Assembly (NCBI GenBank): GCA_963664705.1
Contig: OY761556.1
Span: forward strand, 4,224,001-4,288,000
Length of the DNA stretch: 64,000 bases
From: Acidobacteriota bacterium
GTDB lineage: Bacteria > Acidobacteriota > UBA6911
Direction: 5' to 3'
The notes under the pieces are model-generated. The model was not told the DNA's origin and searched no databases. It worked only from the letters and a program-made list of their open reading frames with translations. Shown here in pieces: positions 11,201 to 20,581 of this stretch. The position numbers were made by a program, and so were the translations under genes. Each line of letters opens with the position of its first letter. Position 1 is the first letter of the stretch.

Positions 11201-11704
11201 AGCTCGGGCATTCTCCTCTTCATCCTTAATAATGACGCTGCCGTCGCCCCGGTCCGCTAACTGCAGCCACTCCGGCACCAACACATCCACATTGTCGTGG
11301 TGCTCGCGGAAAGCGGTCAGGCTGGGTGTATCCCAGTTCACGAAAAATGCCACCATGAGCGCCGTCGATTCATTGATCGAAGTATCGACCGGGTGTTGCC
11401 CGGGCGGAATCTCTTTCCCTTTATTCAGGTTATCAAGGCGCGCAATCATTCGGGAAAGCCGATGATTGCGCTGCTCCGCAATAGACAGCTTGGATTTGGT
11501 AGATTCCGGGATCGCGTGCAAAATCCTTCCCTGATAAGGGAGCTCCAGAGTGGCAAGACGAGGCCTGTTCAATACATTCAGAAGGAACGCCACAATCAGC
11601 GCGGCCAGAATAAGAGCAATGACAAAAAAGGCCTGGCGCCAACGCCACCAGCGCTTTTGAAAAGGATCGAAGAAAATCTGCCGACGAGGAGATTCTGACG
11701 TCAT
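8282..11704 (-). CDS. GH18 - polysaccharide deacetylase (CE4) - GT2 glycosyltransferase fusion
   Basis: GH18 GVNVDFE and MNYD; CE4 SFDDGP, HTFTH, FRPPY, LLHD; processive GT2 DDGSTD, DAD, AEDTD, QRFRW; C-terminal TM helices. Confidence 0.85.
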   Translation of the reverse strand: MTSESPRRQIFFDPFQKRWWRWRQAFFVIALILAALIVAFLLNVLNRPRLATLELPYQGRILHAIPESTKSKLSIAEQRNHRLSRMIARLDNLNKGKEIPPGQHPVDTSINESTALMVAFFVNWDTPSLTAFREHHDNVDVLVPEWLQLADRGDGSVIIKDEEENARAVRDFIKREQIDVKIMPLLNNFNGQVWQGNLVAQVLASPDSRRRLIENVTLYLKRNGYLGVNVDFEDIPRATQPHLRTFMRELYEACRAQNLLVSQDLPAASPDFDYKYYAGVNDFIVLMNYDLHWETSPPGPVAPQDWFLKNVQKRLEDIPSNKLVIALANYGYDWTELGGKKYESIPLSFQQAMRTAAESDANPEMDPDTLNPTFDYYDEHRRIHHVWFLDGVTIYNQISETKKFSPRGYALWRLGLEDPSAWHVFSRFDTEEKVAERMKLLTYGYDIDFNGYGELLRIEETPRTGQRTFRLNPDLNLITDEAFPRIPLGYLLDRHGRHPKKMAISFDDGPDPRYTPQILDILKEYKAPGIFFLVGLAAEENIGLVKRMIAEGHEIGNHTFTHPNIDGSSVRQVEIELNLTQRLFESRLGIQSLYFRPPYSLDSEPEVPSEVQLLEVAQAMGYLLVGERPDARDWEYVRDPDRIVEATLSDATRGNVLLLHDAGGDRSATVQALPRIITELRKRGYEIVSLASLIGRTRAQVMPPIPSSDLWRARLDLIAFWLFGALNRTFQWLFIIGIIFGIGRFVFIGTLALIEEIIRHRERYNDSFTPFVSVIVPARNEEKVIVRTLAALLHSEYPSFEVIVVDDGSTDATGAEVKRAFGGDPRVRLFQRENQGKAEALNYGISQSRADIVIAMDADTLFQKDTIQKLVRRFEVQEVGAVAGNAKVGNRINMLTRWQALEYITSQNLDRRAFDALNCITVVPGAIGAWRRELVLKAGGFTNDTLAEDTDLTIAIRRMGYDIAYEDKAIAYTEAPHSLRNFLKQRFRWSFGTLQSVWKHRDTLFRRRYGSLGFIALPNIVIFQLLFPLISPLMDLLVLMSVGIYQLQRYYHGNSYSSSNLLRLAGYYLMFLAIDYLSCIVAFALERKEDWKLLFWLLWQRLLYRQVMYYIAIKSMLAAIRGGAVGWARVERKATVVLHQ

Positions 11705-11967
11705 AAAGCATCACCCATCTTATTCTACTTTAATAAAGCCAATATTATAGCTCAGAGTGCCCTAATAGATGAGGATGGCGTTTTAATGGAGTCTTCGGCT
11801 CTGAATTGGCGCTGATGCTGCCGGGACAGCTGATGCCGCATACTATTTGTCGAGGGGCGCGCCTTTTTGCAAATAATCCGCGGCATTAGCCGGAAATGGC
11901 GGCGCCATTGTATTACCTGGAGATTATGGTTTTTTATCCGCCTGGCCGACACAATGCAGTCAATGGA

Positions 11968-14900
11968 TTACCATTCCATTCTTACCCCGAACTGAACAAC
12001 CCTGGGAGTCCCGGTAACGGTTGTTACATAGCCAAACGTTGTTGCATTCCCTAAGTTGGTATTCGGGTCGGCAAAGTGATGCCGGTTGAAGACATTCAAA
12101 AATTCCGCCCGCAACTGCAGTTTTGATGATTCTGCAATCCTGAGGTTCTTGATCAACCCCAGGTCTTCATTGGCATATCCAAAACCGCGCAGTTCCGCGT
12201 AGAACCTCTTCCCATTGCCCAATTGGTGCCCACCCGGATTGGAAAATGCCGTCGGATTGAAATATCGATTCGCCGGTGCATTTTGCACCTTCGGATTGAA
12301 CCGCGTGCTGTCAAACTGGCCATTCAGATCGGCGTGAGGATCAAAATTGGCGTATACAGCCCCCTCCCACCCCGGATACCAGACGCTGGAATAGACCGCC
12401 AGGGGATTCCCCGAGTTGTATCGAAAAATGCCCGTAATGTTCCACCCCGATATGACCGAGTTCAGAATGCGATTGGTCCCGGCAGAAATCCTGCGGCCTT
12501 TCCCAAAAGGGAGCTGCATCGAGATCTGTCCCTTGAATATGTGCTTTTGATCGTAGCTGACCACGGTTCGCGCAGATTCCGACAGATCATACATGTCCTG
12601 GATGCCACCACTCGGATCCCATGTCTCATCGAATCCTGTTTCAGCATTTCCGACCGCCCTGGACAGGCTATAGGAAAGTTGGAATGACATATTGCTGGAG
12701 GATCTTCGCGTAACCGACACATGCAGGGCCTTATAGCCTGAGGATCCTGCCGGTGTCCCCGCAAAGTAGACCGGCCCGCCTGTTTCTGAAGCGATATGGG
12801 GGTAGGGTTGAAGCGCAACGCCGGCAAAATTGGAAAATCCGGCATATGGGTAAGCCACGCCCGCGGCCGATGCACTATCCGCATCCCACACCCAGGCCCA
12901 TGGGTCTACCAGAGGATTCTCATAGGACTCTCTGCGCGGTTGATTGCGGCGCAATGACCCGTTGTGCAGCCTCCTTCCCTGATTGCCCATGAATACCGCT
13001 TCCACAATCGTGTCTCTGCCGGGCTCGAACTGCACTCCGAAATTGTATTGATGAACATATCCGGAAAAGAGGCTGCGCGGATCAATGGAGACCATTCCAT
13101 ACACCAGGGAATTGGAGTCTTTGGACGGAGCTTGATAGTTATCAGGATAGCCACTATCCCAATTGAACCGGGGCAGATTCTGCGTGGCTTTCTGAAGATT
13201 CGTTCCGCGATATCCAGGAGCAAAACCATAGGGGACGCCGCTCCAGTAATTCATTCCCGGAGCAATGAAGGAGATCCCATATCCCGCGCGCGCAACAAAG
13301 CGGCTATTGAATCGATAGGCCGTCCCGATTCGTGGCCCAAACTCCTTCCAATCCCGCACCTTTTCGAAGGTGTCTCCAGGGCTGTCCAGAAATTCCAACG
13401 CGCCGGCTACGTTCAGATTCGTATTCTTGAGCTCGGGATTGAAGCTGGCCCAACGCCCATATTTTTCTCTCAAAGGCTGTGGCTGTTCCCACCGCAAACC
13501 CATATTGAGCGTCCAGGCATTGCGGACACGGTAGTTATCCTGAAAGAAGATACCCACATATTTCCTCCGGCCATACAGGTCGAAAGGAACCGTCTTGCTT
13601 CCGCTTTCCGCTTCTCCCAGGAAGAAACTGGCAAAGCCGAATCCCGTGCGATTGGACCATGAATAGCCGGGAATACCTGTTTGCGTGGAGGAAAACCCAA
13701 AGTTCAAGGTATCGAGACCGGCATGGCTATTCATCTGCTGCCCCCAGAATTCGCCGCCAATCTTTATGCTATGAGACCCGTGAATCCAATCCACCGTTCC
13801 GGAGGTTACGAAATTTTCGGCTACGGAATAGTTGGAGCTTCCATAGCCGACGTCGGTAGTTTTGATTCCGTTTACCGCAGACCCAAAGCTGATCTCCGGA
13901 AAAAGGCCGGATCCGGTGGAGCCCTGAAGCCCAAGATAGTACTGCCATTTACCATCCGCCTGGGCCGAAAGGCTCGGGTTTCGATACCTGTTATAGACAA
14001 ACGAACCCGTCCCCACCACATTGGGGCTGATATTCCAGTTCGCCGTCAGTCTCAACGCGCGGCTGGTGACTTCCTGCTTTCGCGCGCGGGCCAGAGGACC
14101 GCCGGCTGCTTCAGGCGCAAGAGGATCCCAAATGCCGCCCTGATCCAGCAGTATTCTCGGCCGCTCGGTCCAGATGAGTGATCCTGTCAATTTAAGTGCG
14201 GGCGTTATCGTGTGATCCACCTTCAGAGTCAATTGGCTCTGGTGAAACCATGGGCTTTCATATTGCGGCCCCGCAGAGTTGTTGGTCAACACCCCCTCGA
14301 TCATCGGTTTGTATTGTGCCCTGAAAAGATCGATGACCCTGCCGGATACAGCGCTCATTCGTTTGAGCGGAATGCGGTTGTTCGGAAAGGGATCGGACAC
14401 CCAGCTGCTGCCGACCCGGCGCATCGTCAGTGGATCAAAAATCTGGCCGGCATAGATAGCCCGACCGAGCACATCCCTGGCAATCTCCGTAGTGGTCAGC
14501 AAACGGCTAAAATCCCCGTCCAGGAATTCCGGAATCGGCACGGTTCGATTCAACGCCCCTACCTGTGTCTGCTGCTGTCGGAAATGCTCAAAGGCGCCAA
14601 AAATCAAAGTCCTGCTTCTTCCATCATATAAGCCAGGAAGAAAAACCGGCCCGCCCGCACTACCCCCAAAAACCAGTTGTCGGTCTCTTGCCCGCTGGTA
14701 CAGCGGATTTCTCGGGTCCTGGCTCTTCTGCCAATTATTCATCCAGGTATTGGCGTTGAGCGCTTCATTGCGGCCAAGGTAATAGGCGCCGCCGTTGAAC
14801 GTATTGGTTCCGTGCGCCAGTGCAAAATTGAATACTCCGCCGCCGGCATGTCCATATTCGGCAGAGAGCCCGCCGGTTTGAATGCTGAATGCCTGAATCG

Positions 14901-15576
14901 ATTCCATCGTGGGGCTCGATTCAAAAACGTTCCCCTGAATCTGCGACGTGGCGGAGAGGCCGTCAATCAACACTTCCTTTGTAAATGCCGGAGCCCCTGC
15001 AATGTGAGAACTCCATCCATTCCCTTCCACGGCAGGTGAAAGCGCGTAAGCAAAGCTCTCCACCAGGCGCCCCCCGGAAATGGTGAGCGGCAGATTCCTG
15101 ATTACCGCTCCCTCGATGGCGGTCGCCAACAGGGAATCTTCCGATCGCAGCAATGCCAGATCCGATGTGATGGAAATGGTCTCCTGAATCTCGCCGGTCT
15201 CCAGCAAAACATCGATTCGAATTGTTTGGGCTACGGGAACTGCAAAGCGGGGCTGATCTGCGGTCTTGAATCCTTTCATCTCGACAGTCAGCTTGTACAA
15301 TCCCGCCGGCAGATTGCGAACCGCATAAAACCCCGTATCATCCGAAAGGGCTTCATTCGAAGCGCCGGATTCCAGGCTGGCAATGGCTATATGCGCTTTG
15401 GGAATCACTGCCCCGCTACGGTCCGTTATTCGCCCGACAACACCGCCGCGATCCACCTGCGCCATAGCCTCAGGCAACAAAGCGCTCAGCAGCAACAGGA
15501 GAAAAGTCAATGAAAGTGCCCTGGCGACAGTTCGCGACTGTCGCCCGACAAAGCCCGAGGCGTCTGCACTGGACAT
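11968..15576 (-). CDS. Oar-like TonB-dependent receptor with carboxypeptidase regulatory-like N-terminal domain
   Basis: Signal peptide, GRITDRSGAVIP, SAEYG and LQLRAEFLNVFN..PRVVQFGVRMEW. Start set at ATG 15576 because the longer ORF overlaps the upstream gene. Confidence 0.85.
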   Translation of the reverse strand: MSSADASGFVGRQSRTVARALSLTFLLLLLSALLPEAMAQVDRGGVVGRITDRSGAVIPKAHIAIASLESGASNEALSDDTGFYAVRNLPAGLYKLTVEMKGFKTADQPRFAVPVAQTIRIDVLLETGEIQETISITSDLALLRSEDSLLATAIEGAVIRNLPLTISGGRLVESFAYALSPAVEGNGWSSHIAGAPAFTKEVLIDGLSATSQIQGNVFESSPTMESIQAFSIQTGGLSAEYGHAGGGVFNFALAHGTNTFNGGAYYLGRNEALNANTWMNNWQKSQDPRNPLYQRARDRQLVFGGSAGGPVFLPGLYDGRSRTLIFGAFEHFRQQQTQVGALNRTVPIPEFLDGDFSRLLTTTEIARDVLGRAIYAGQIFDPLTMRRVGSSWVSDPFPNNRIPLKRMSAVSGRVIDLFRAQYKPMIEGVLTNNSAGPQYESPWFHQSQLTLKVDHTITPALKLTGSLIWTERPRILLDQGGIWDPLAPEAAGGPLARARKQEVTSRALRLTANWNISPNVVGTGSFVYNRYRNPSLSAQADGKWQYYLGLQGSTGSGLFPEISFGSAVNGIKTTDVGYGSSNYSVAENFVTSGTVDWIHGSHSIKIGGEFWGQQMNSHAGLDTLNFGFSSTQTGIPGYSWSNRTGFGFASFFLGEAESGSKTVPFDLYGRRKYVGIFFQDNYRVRNAWTLNMGLRWEQPQPLREKYGRWASFNPELKNTNLNVAGALEFLDSPGDTFEKVRDWKEFGPRIGTAYRFNSRFVARAGYGISFIAPGMNYWSGVPYGFAPGYRGTNLQKATQNLPRFNWDSGYPDNYQAPSKDSNSLVYGMVSIDPRSLFSGYVHQYNFGVQFEPGRDTIVEAVFMGNQGRRLHNGSLRRNQPRRESYENPLVDPWAWVWDADSASAAGVAYPYAGFSNFAGVALQPYPHIASETGGPVYFAGTPAGSSGYKALHVSVTRRSSSNMSFQLSYSLSRAVGNAETGFDETWDPSGGIQDMYDLSESARTVVSYDQKHIFKGQISMQLPFGKGRRISAGTNRILNSVISGWNITGIFRYNSGNPLAVYSSVWYPGWEGAVYANFDPHADLNGQFDSTRFNPKVQNAPANRYFNPTAFSNPGGHQLGNGKRFYAELRGFGYANEDLGLIKNLRIAESSKLQLRAEFLNVFNRHHFADPNTNLGNATTFGYVTTVTGTPRVVQFGVRMEW

Positions 15577-15583
15577 GATTACC

Positions 15584-16537
15584 TCACTCTGGAGCGGAAG
15601 CAGGTGTTGACGGTCCGATAGAAATTGCTTTGGCTTCGCGGTAGGCGTGCCGGCATGCTTCCACTTGATATGCCGGGCCAAGAGCGTAGGCCGCGCTAGC
15701 CAAAAACCATATGAACCAGGTGAGGGAGCTATATGGCCAGGGAATATAGTTATGGTTGGTAGTAGCCCATAATCCGATATCTCCGAGAGATGTAAACAGA
15801 ATCCCCACGGAAAACGCCCCCCAGGACTTGGCAAGTAATCCCCAGCCCGTCTGAACGGCAGAGCGCCGAATCAATATCGCCTCCAGAAGGAGTACGCAGA
15901 GAAGCAGATCGCTGGGCCAGGCCAGTATCTTGTATAGATCATAGGGGGCGTACAGCCCAACGATCTCCTTCGCAATCTCATAGATCTGTCGCAAGGTAAA
16001 AGCAATGACGGCGGAAATGAGGAGGATATCCATTGGCCGCAGGCGGGTGAGTATGCGAAGTCTCCGCAGCATCTTCACGACCCGAAAGAGTCCGACCGCC
16101 AGAATCGCCATGCTAAGCGGGCCGCCAAGGATCAATCCGAATTGCTTGCATGCCTGATAGTAGGCCGCATTCCGGGCACCCCACAGGATATAAACAGGAT
16201 TCAAGTAGGACTCGGTACACAGGATCTGGCTGAAGATATATCCAATGAAGCGATAGAGAGAAGCGAGCACAATGAAAAGCCACGCGGTATACATTGGCTC
16301 GCCGCGTGAAAACTGGCGAAATGAGGTCCAGGCAAGGAGCAACTCCGCGGCGGCACAAAGAACAAAGAACAGACTGCCCTGGTATTGAAAAAACAGATCG
16401 ATTCGGGCGTTATTGCCCTCAATGCGCCAGAGCAGGAAAATGACGCCGCAGACGATCATGTGAACAGCGGTAACCCAAAGGATGCCGTCCACGATCGGCG
16501 TGTGCACCTTGTTGATACTTCCAGGATTCCTGATCAC
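15584..16537 (-). CDS. Polytopic membrane protein of unknown function
   Basis: About 8 hydrophobic segments; 4-nt overlap with the upstream anti-sigma gene. Confidence 0.6.
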   Translation of the reverse strand: MIRNPGSINKVHTPIVDGILWVTAVHMIVCGVIFLLWRIEGNNARIDLFFQYQGSLFFVLCAAAELLLAWTSFRQFSRGEPMYTAWLFIVLASLYRFIGYIFSQILCTESYLNPVYILWGARNAAYYQACKQFGLILGGPLSMAILAVGLFRVVKMLRRLRILTRLRPMDILLISAVIAFTLRQIYEIAKEIVGLYAPYDLYKILAWPSDLLLCVLLLEAILIRRSAVQTGWGLLAKSWGAFSVGILFTSLGDIGLWATTNHNYIPWPYSSLTWFIWFLASAAYALGPAYQVEACRHAYREAKAISIGPSTPASAPE

Positions 16538-17013
16538 GATATGGACGATCCTTTGATCCGCACTAATCTGGATTCAATTGCTTTCGCGCTCTTTTTCCCA
16601 AGCAGAGTCCGCAGCAGGGCATCGGCAGATTCCAGCCCGTCATATGCGTGTGCGCCGGGCGCCACCTGCCCGGTAAGGACGGCCGCCGCCGCCCGCTTCC
16701 CCAAATAAACCTCCAGCACAGCCGCCATCTGCTTCCTGGCATCATCCGAACCCGGCGCCATTCGAATGGTATTCTGCATACTTTCAGCCAGTTCGGCTTT
16801 CGAAATGCCGGTTTCAATTGCGGCGTTCAGAGCTGAGAGGTGTGTCCATTCCTGACTGATTTGAGCTGCCTTTGACTGACACTCAAAACAGCGCTGGAGA
16901 TGGTCATGGATACGCGCCCGGACTTTGTCACTAACCTCGCCGTCATGATAGGCGATAAGCAGCCGCTCGCCGGGGTGTTGCCACAAATGCAGCCAGATGT
17001 GAGGGAAAGTCAT
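16534..17013 (-). CDS. Zinc-finger (zf-HC2, ZAS) anti-sigma factor, apparently soluble
   Basis: LIAYHDGEV..HLQRCFEC (HxxxCxxC); overlaps the sigma gene stop; no TM helix. Confidence 0.8.
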   Translation of the reverse strand: MTFPHIWLHLWQHPGERLLIAYHDGEVSDKVRARIHDHLQRCFECQSKAAQISQEWTHLSALNAAIETGISKAELAESMQNTIRMAPGSDDARKQMAAVLEVYLGKRAAAAVLTGQVAPGAHAYDGLESADALLRTLLGKKSAKAIESRLVRIKGSSIS

Positions 17014-17597
17014 TCTGAACTCCTTATAAATAGGTTGCTGTGACGCATCTTTCTTAATGCTCGTGCAAGCAACGCCGAGACCGTTCCAGATCGGATTTCA
17101 AGCATTTGCGCGATCTCGTCATACCCAAAGCCTTCAAGACGCAACTGCATGCACTCTCTTTCCCGCGGAGAAAGCTCCGAGAGAGCCCTGCGGAAATTCT
17201 CATGATGCTGGTATGCAGCTTCCAAATCCTGCCGGACGTCGATTACCTGAGCGGCGGCTTCCAGGTCCATGGATGCCCTGGAATAGTCTTTGCGTTTGCA
17301 ATCCACCAGATAGTTGCGCAAAACACGGAAAAGCCACGCACGTACATTCTCGATTTGCTGTCCATCTGCCCGAATAAGGAAATATCGCAGAAAAACCTCC
17401 TGGATACCATCCTGTGCAATGGCGCGATCACGAGTCATGGCAATAGCATAGCGTGATAATGAGGACGAGTGCTTATTCAGCATCTCGAGCACTTCCGCTT
17501 CCAGCTTTTCCCTGTGGGCATCGTGGCGCAAGTCCTTTACAGACACCTCTTCAGTCAGGCTGGAGACAGCATTGATGAGACCTTTGTCGGAAGTCAT
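17010..17597 (-). CDS. ECF sigma-70 factor
   Basis: Region 2 AQDGIQEVFL..RAWLFRVLRN; region 4 LSPRERE..GFGYDEIAQML..GTV. Confidence 0.9.
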   Translation of the reverse strand: MTSDKGLINAVSSLTEEVSVKDLRHDAHREKLEAEVLEMLNKHSSSLSRYAIAMTRDRAIAQDGIQEVFLRYFLIRADGQQIENVRAWLFRVLRNYLVDCKRKDYSRASMDLEAAAQVIDVRQDLEAAYQHHENFRRALSELSPRERECMQLRLEGFGYDEIAQMLEIRSGTVSALLARALRKMRHSNLFIRSSE

Positions 17598-18398
17598 ACC
17601 TGCGGGAAACCTCTACATCCCGAAATAGATCAATCTCTGAAACCTCGAAGCCATGGGGGATATCCATTCATCATAATACAAAGACATCGGCCGGCAACTG
17701 GTTTTTCCGTATTGGAGATTTGATCCACAAAAATATTTTTCTCCGTGTAATGAAAATGCTCAATCCATACGTCTTACTATAATGGGCAAATTTCATCGAT
17801 CGCGGTCAGGTGAGGGAGGCGAATGACACGCAGCGGGATATAGAATACAGGATGATCGTTCGACGGGCAATCAAATGTATCGAAGTTGCTTATTCCCTTT
17901 ATTTTATGGGATTGTCCCGGTATAGGCTCTGACCATCAATGGAAGAGTCCCAAGCTGTGGATATCCGGCTGCATCTCATACATAGTATTCATTTGACTCC
18001 CGGCGGGTATCCGATGATGATAATTTACTAATGTCCCGATCAGCGCACGCCGAATTAGGAAGTTTGTTTTGATCATAAAATTACCCCCGGCATTATGTAA
18101 AGAAAATACCTGCTTCCTGCGTCTTATCTGAGAGGGCAAATTCCAAGCTCGCGAGGAAAGCCCGCATATGGGTTGCCGGACTGAATCCCCAGTTTTCACC
18201 CCTGCCAATCATTCCAGAAAAAAGAATTAATGTTCTAAACACTCGATACCGATAAAGGGCATATGGAGTAGTAGGCATATTTTTGATTGCGCGTGTTGGG
18301 GCCCCCGGGTGCCATCCTCAACACCTGACCGGAATATGTCAGTGCATCAACAACCATGCCCGCAGCTTGGCAGGGCGGGCCAGAGTTGGAGCAAAAAC

Positions 18399-18965
18399 GT
18401 GTCAACATTCAATAGGGATCGCGACGACGGTTTCAGCCTGATTGAGATAGCTATCTGCCTCATGTTCATGTGTGTCCTGGGCGGGATTGCAGTCTTGAAC
18501 ATGAATGGAATTATGCCGGGTCTGAAGGCAAACAAGGCGATGTATCAAACGATCGCTCAATTGCGTCGCGGGAGAGAACTGGCAATTTCTCAGCGTCGAC
18601 TGATCGAGCTGCAATTCAACTCGACCAATCAGATTCAGCTCCTGCGTATTGAAGAACCGGCTCATACAAAAACGTTGATTGCCACGGCCACGCTTGATGG
18701 TCACTGCGAATTCAGGAAATTCAGCAGCATCGGGTCAGACACTCCGGACGGCTTTGGCAACAGCAGCGCGATCGACTTCGGAAGCGCAGACAAGCTGATT
18801 TTCTCAACCGAGGGAACATTGATCGACGAATCGGGTGATCCCGTCAGCGGCACTGTCTTCCTCGGCATTGATCAACACCCGGAGGCGGCACGGGCCGTTA
18901 CGGTCCTCGGATCGACCGGGCGTATCAAAAGCTATCGATGGGCAGGAGACAAATGGATTCCCTGA
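18399..18965 (+). CDS. FimT/GspH-like minor pilin
   Basis: Prepilin motif G|FSLIE; C-terminal AVTVLGSTGRI. GTG start chosen after GGAG (ORF track starts at 18309). Confidence 0.75.
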   Translation: MSTFNRDRDDGFSLIEIAICLMFMCVLGGIAVLNMNGIMPGLKANKAMYQTIAQLRRGRELAISQRRLIELQFNSTNQIQLLRIEEPAHTKTLIATATLDGHCEFRKFSSIGSDTPDGFGNSSAIDFGSADKLIFSTEGTLIDESGDPVSGTVFLGIDQHPEAARAVTVLGSTGRIKSYRWAGDKWIP

Positions 18966-18975
18966 AGAGGAACAC

Positions 18976-19512
18976 ATGAGAATCAATGAGCACCCACTCA
19001 CGACACAATCCGGATTCACGCTTGTGGAGGCGCTGATTGCTCTGGCCATCCTGAGCGGCGGGCTTCTTGCCCTTGCCTCCGCGCTTGGGCAAGGCATGCT
19101 CCTTGTATCCGGATCGCATTATCATCAGATGGCGAAAGAAAAAGCCTCGGAGGCTATGGAAAGTGTGTTTACCGCCCGGGATGCGCGGAAAATCCCGAGT
19201 TGGGACAATATCCAAAATGTCGGTCAATCCGCGGACGGCATTTTCCTGGATGGCCCGCAGCCGATTTGCGCGCCAGGCGACGACGGCCTGGTAAATACAG
19301 ACGACGACGGCGATCTCGAAACACTCCCGGGGAAGGACGGTGTTTTCGGGACGACGGATGACGAGATCCTCACGGCAGACAGGTTTTCCAGGGAGATCGA
19401 GATACGGAATATCAGTTCGAATCTACGGCAGATTCGAGTCATCGTACGCTATCGGGCCGGCAACGCACAGCATCAGTATCAATTGACTTCCTACATTTCG
19501 CCTTTTGCTTGA
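18976..19512 (+). CDS. PilV-like minor pilin
   Basis: G|FTLVE prepilin motif; GAGG RBS before ATG 18976. Confidence 0.75.
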   Translation: MRINEHPLTTQSGFTLVEALIALAILSGGLLALASALGQGMLLVSGSHYHQMAKEKASEAMESVFTARDARKIPSWDNIQNVGQSADGIFLDGPQPICAPGDDGLVNTDDDGDLETLPGKDGVFGTTDDEILTADRFSREIEIRNISSNLRQIRVIVRYRAGNAQHQYQLTSYISPFA

Positions 19513-19556
19513 TCACGGCTGCGGTATCGCAGCCAAAGCCCGGCGATAGAGGCATT

Positions 19557-20567
19557 ATGCGAGAAGAACATGGAATAAGCTCGGTGGAACTGCTGATTGC
19601 CTCGGCAATCGCGCTCATAATTCTGGCCGGAACGCTGGGTTCGTTGAACGGAAGCCTGAAACTGAACGAACAGGCGGCTTTGGCAACGGACCTTGAACAG
19701 AATCTCCGCGCCGGCATGAATTTTCTTGTAAAGGACTTTGTGACGGCAGGCTGGGGCATCCCTACCGGCGGTATCCCCATCCCCTCCGGAACGGGCGCCC
19801 AGCCGGTTCATCGTCCAGGTCCTCCCGGATCGGATTATCACTTTGCCTCAGAAACATTGGCCGCAGTAAACCCGGGCGCAGGCCTGGGCGCGGCATGGAA
19901 TGGACAGCCCACCGATATTGTCAACATCCTGTGTGCCGACAGTCTCATCCCGCTGAACGAATGGCCACTCACCGCCATCAGCATTTCGGGAGGCGCGTCC
20001 CAGATCACCGTTGATTCCAAGACGCAGATATCGGGAATTGACGGTGCGATTCGAGAGGGGGATCTGATCGCGCTGAGCAATGCAAACGGCAGCACGCTGC
20101 AATATGTTACCTCCGTTGCAGGTCAGACCATTAATTTTGGAAGTGGGGACCCTCTCAACCTGAATCAGCCCAATGCGCCCCAGGGATCGATCTCCCTGCT
20201 CCAGAATGCGGGGGTGTTTCCGCCGACAACGGCCACCCGCGTATGGCTGATCACATACTACCTGGACTACACGTTTGATGCAGACAAACCTCGACTGATC
20301 CGCAGAATCAATGACGGAACAGGACATCCGATCGCACTTGTCCTGGAGGATCTGCAGCTGACCTATGACCTGGTGGATGGAGATACAAATCCAACAGATA
20401 TTGATTCCCCGGTAGCCCCCAATTCAAACAATCAGATTCGCAAGGCCAACATCCTTCTTTCCGGACGATCGGGTGAAAGAACTCGGGATTCGCATGAATT
20501 CATGCGCCGAAGTCTGAGAACCCAGGTCAGCCTTCGAAGTCTGTCTTTTATGGACCGTTATCGATAA
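19557..20567 (+). CDS. PilW-like minor pilin
   Basis: G|ISSVELLI prepilin motif; DFVTAG; LEDLQLTY; C-terminal VSLRSL. Confidence 0.72.
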   Translation: MREEHGISSVELLIASAIALIILAGTLGSLNGSLKLNEQAALATDLEQNLRAGMNFLVKDFVTAGWGIPTGGIPIPSGTGAQPVHRPGPPGSDYHFASETLAAVNPGAGLGAAWNGQPTDIVNILCADSLIPLNEWPLTAISISGGASQITVDSKTQISGIDGAIREGDLIALSNANGSTLQYVTSVAGQTINFGSGDPLNLNQPNAPQGSISLLQNAGVFPPTTATRVWLITYYLDYTFDADKPRLIRRINDGTGHPIALVLEDLQLTYDLVDGDTNPTDIDSPVAPNSNNQIRKANILLSGRSGERTRDSHEFMRRSLRTQVSLRSLSFMDRYR

Positions 20568-20581
20568 CCCGTGAGGGAAAT

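Noticed and set aside
15577-15834. N-terminal extension of the TonB receptor ORF
   Set aside because: Overlaps the upstream membrane gene; the signal peptide follows ATG 15576.
18271-18292. Sigma54 promoter before the pilin operon
   Set aside because: GG-to-GC spacing does not fit GG-N10-GC.
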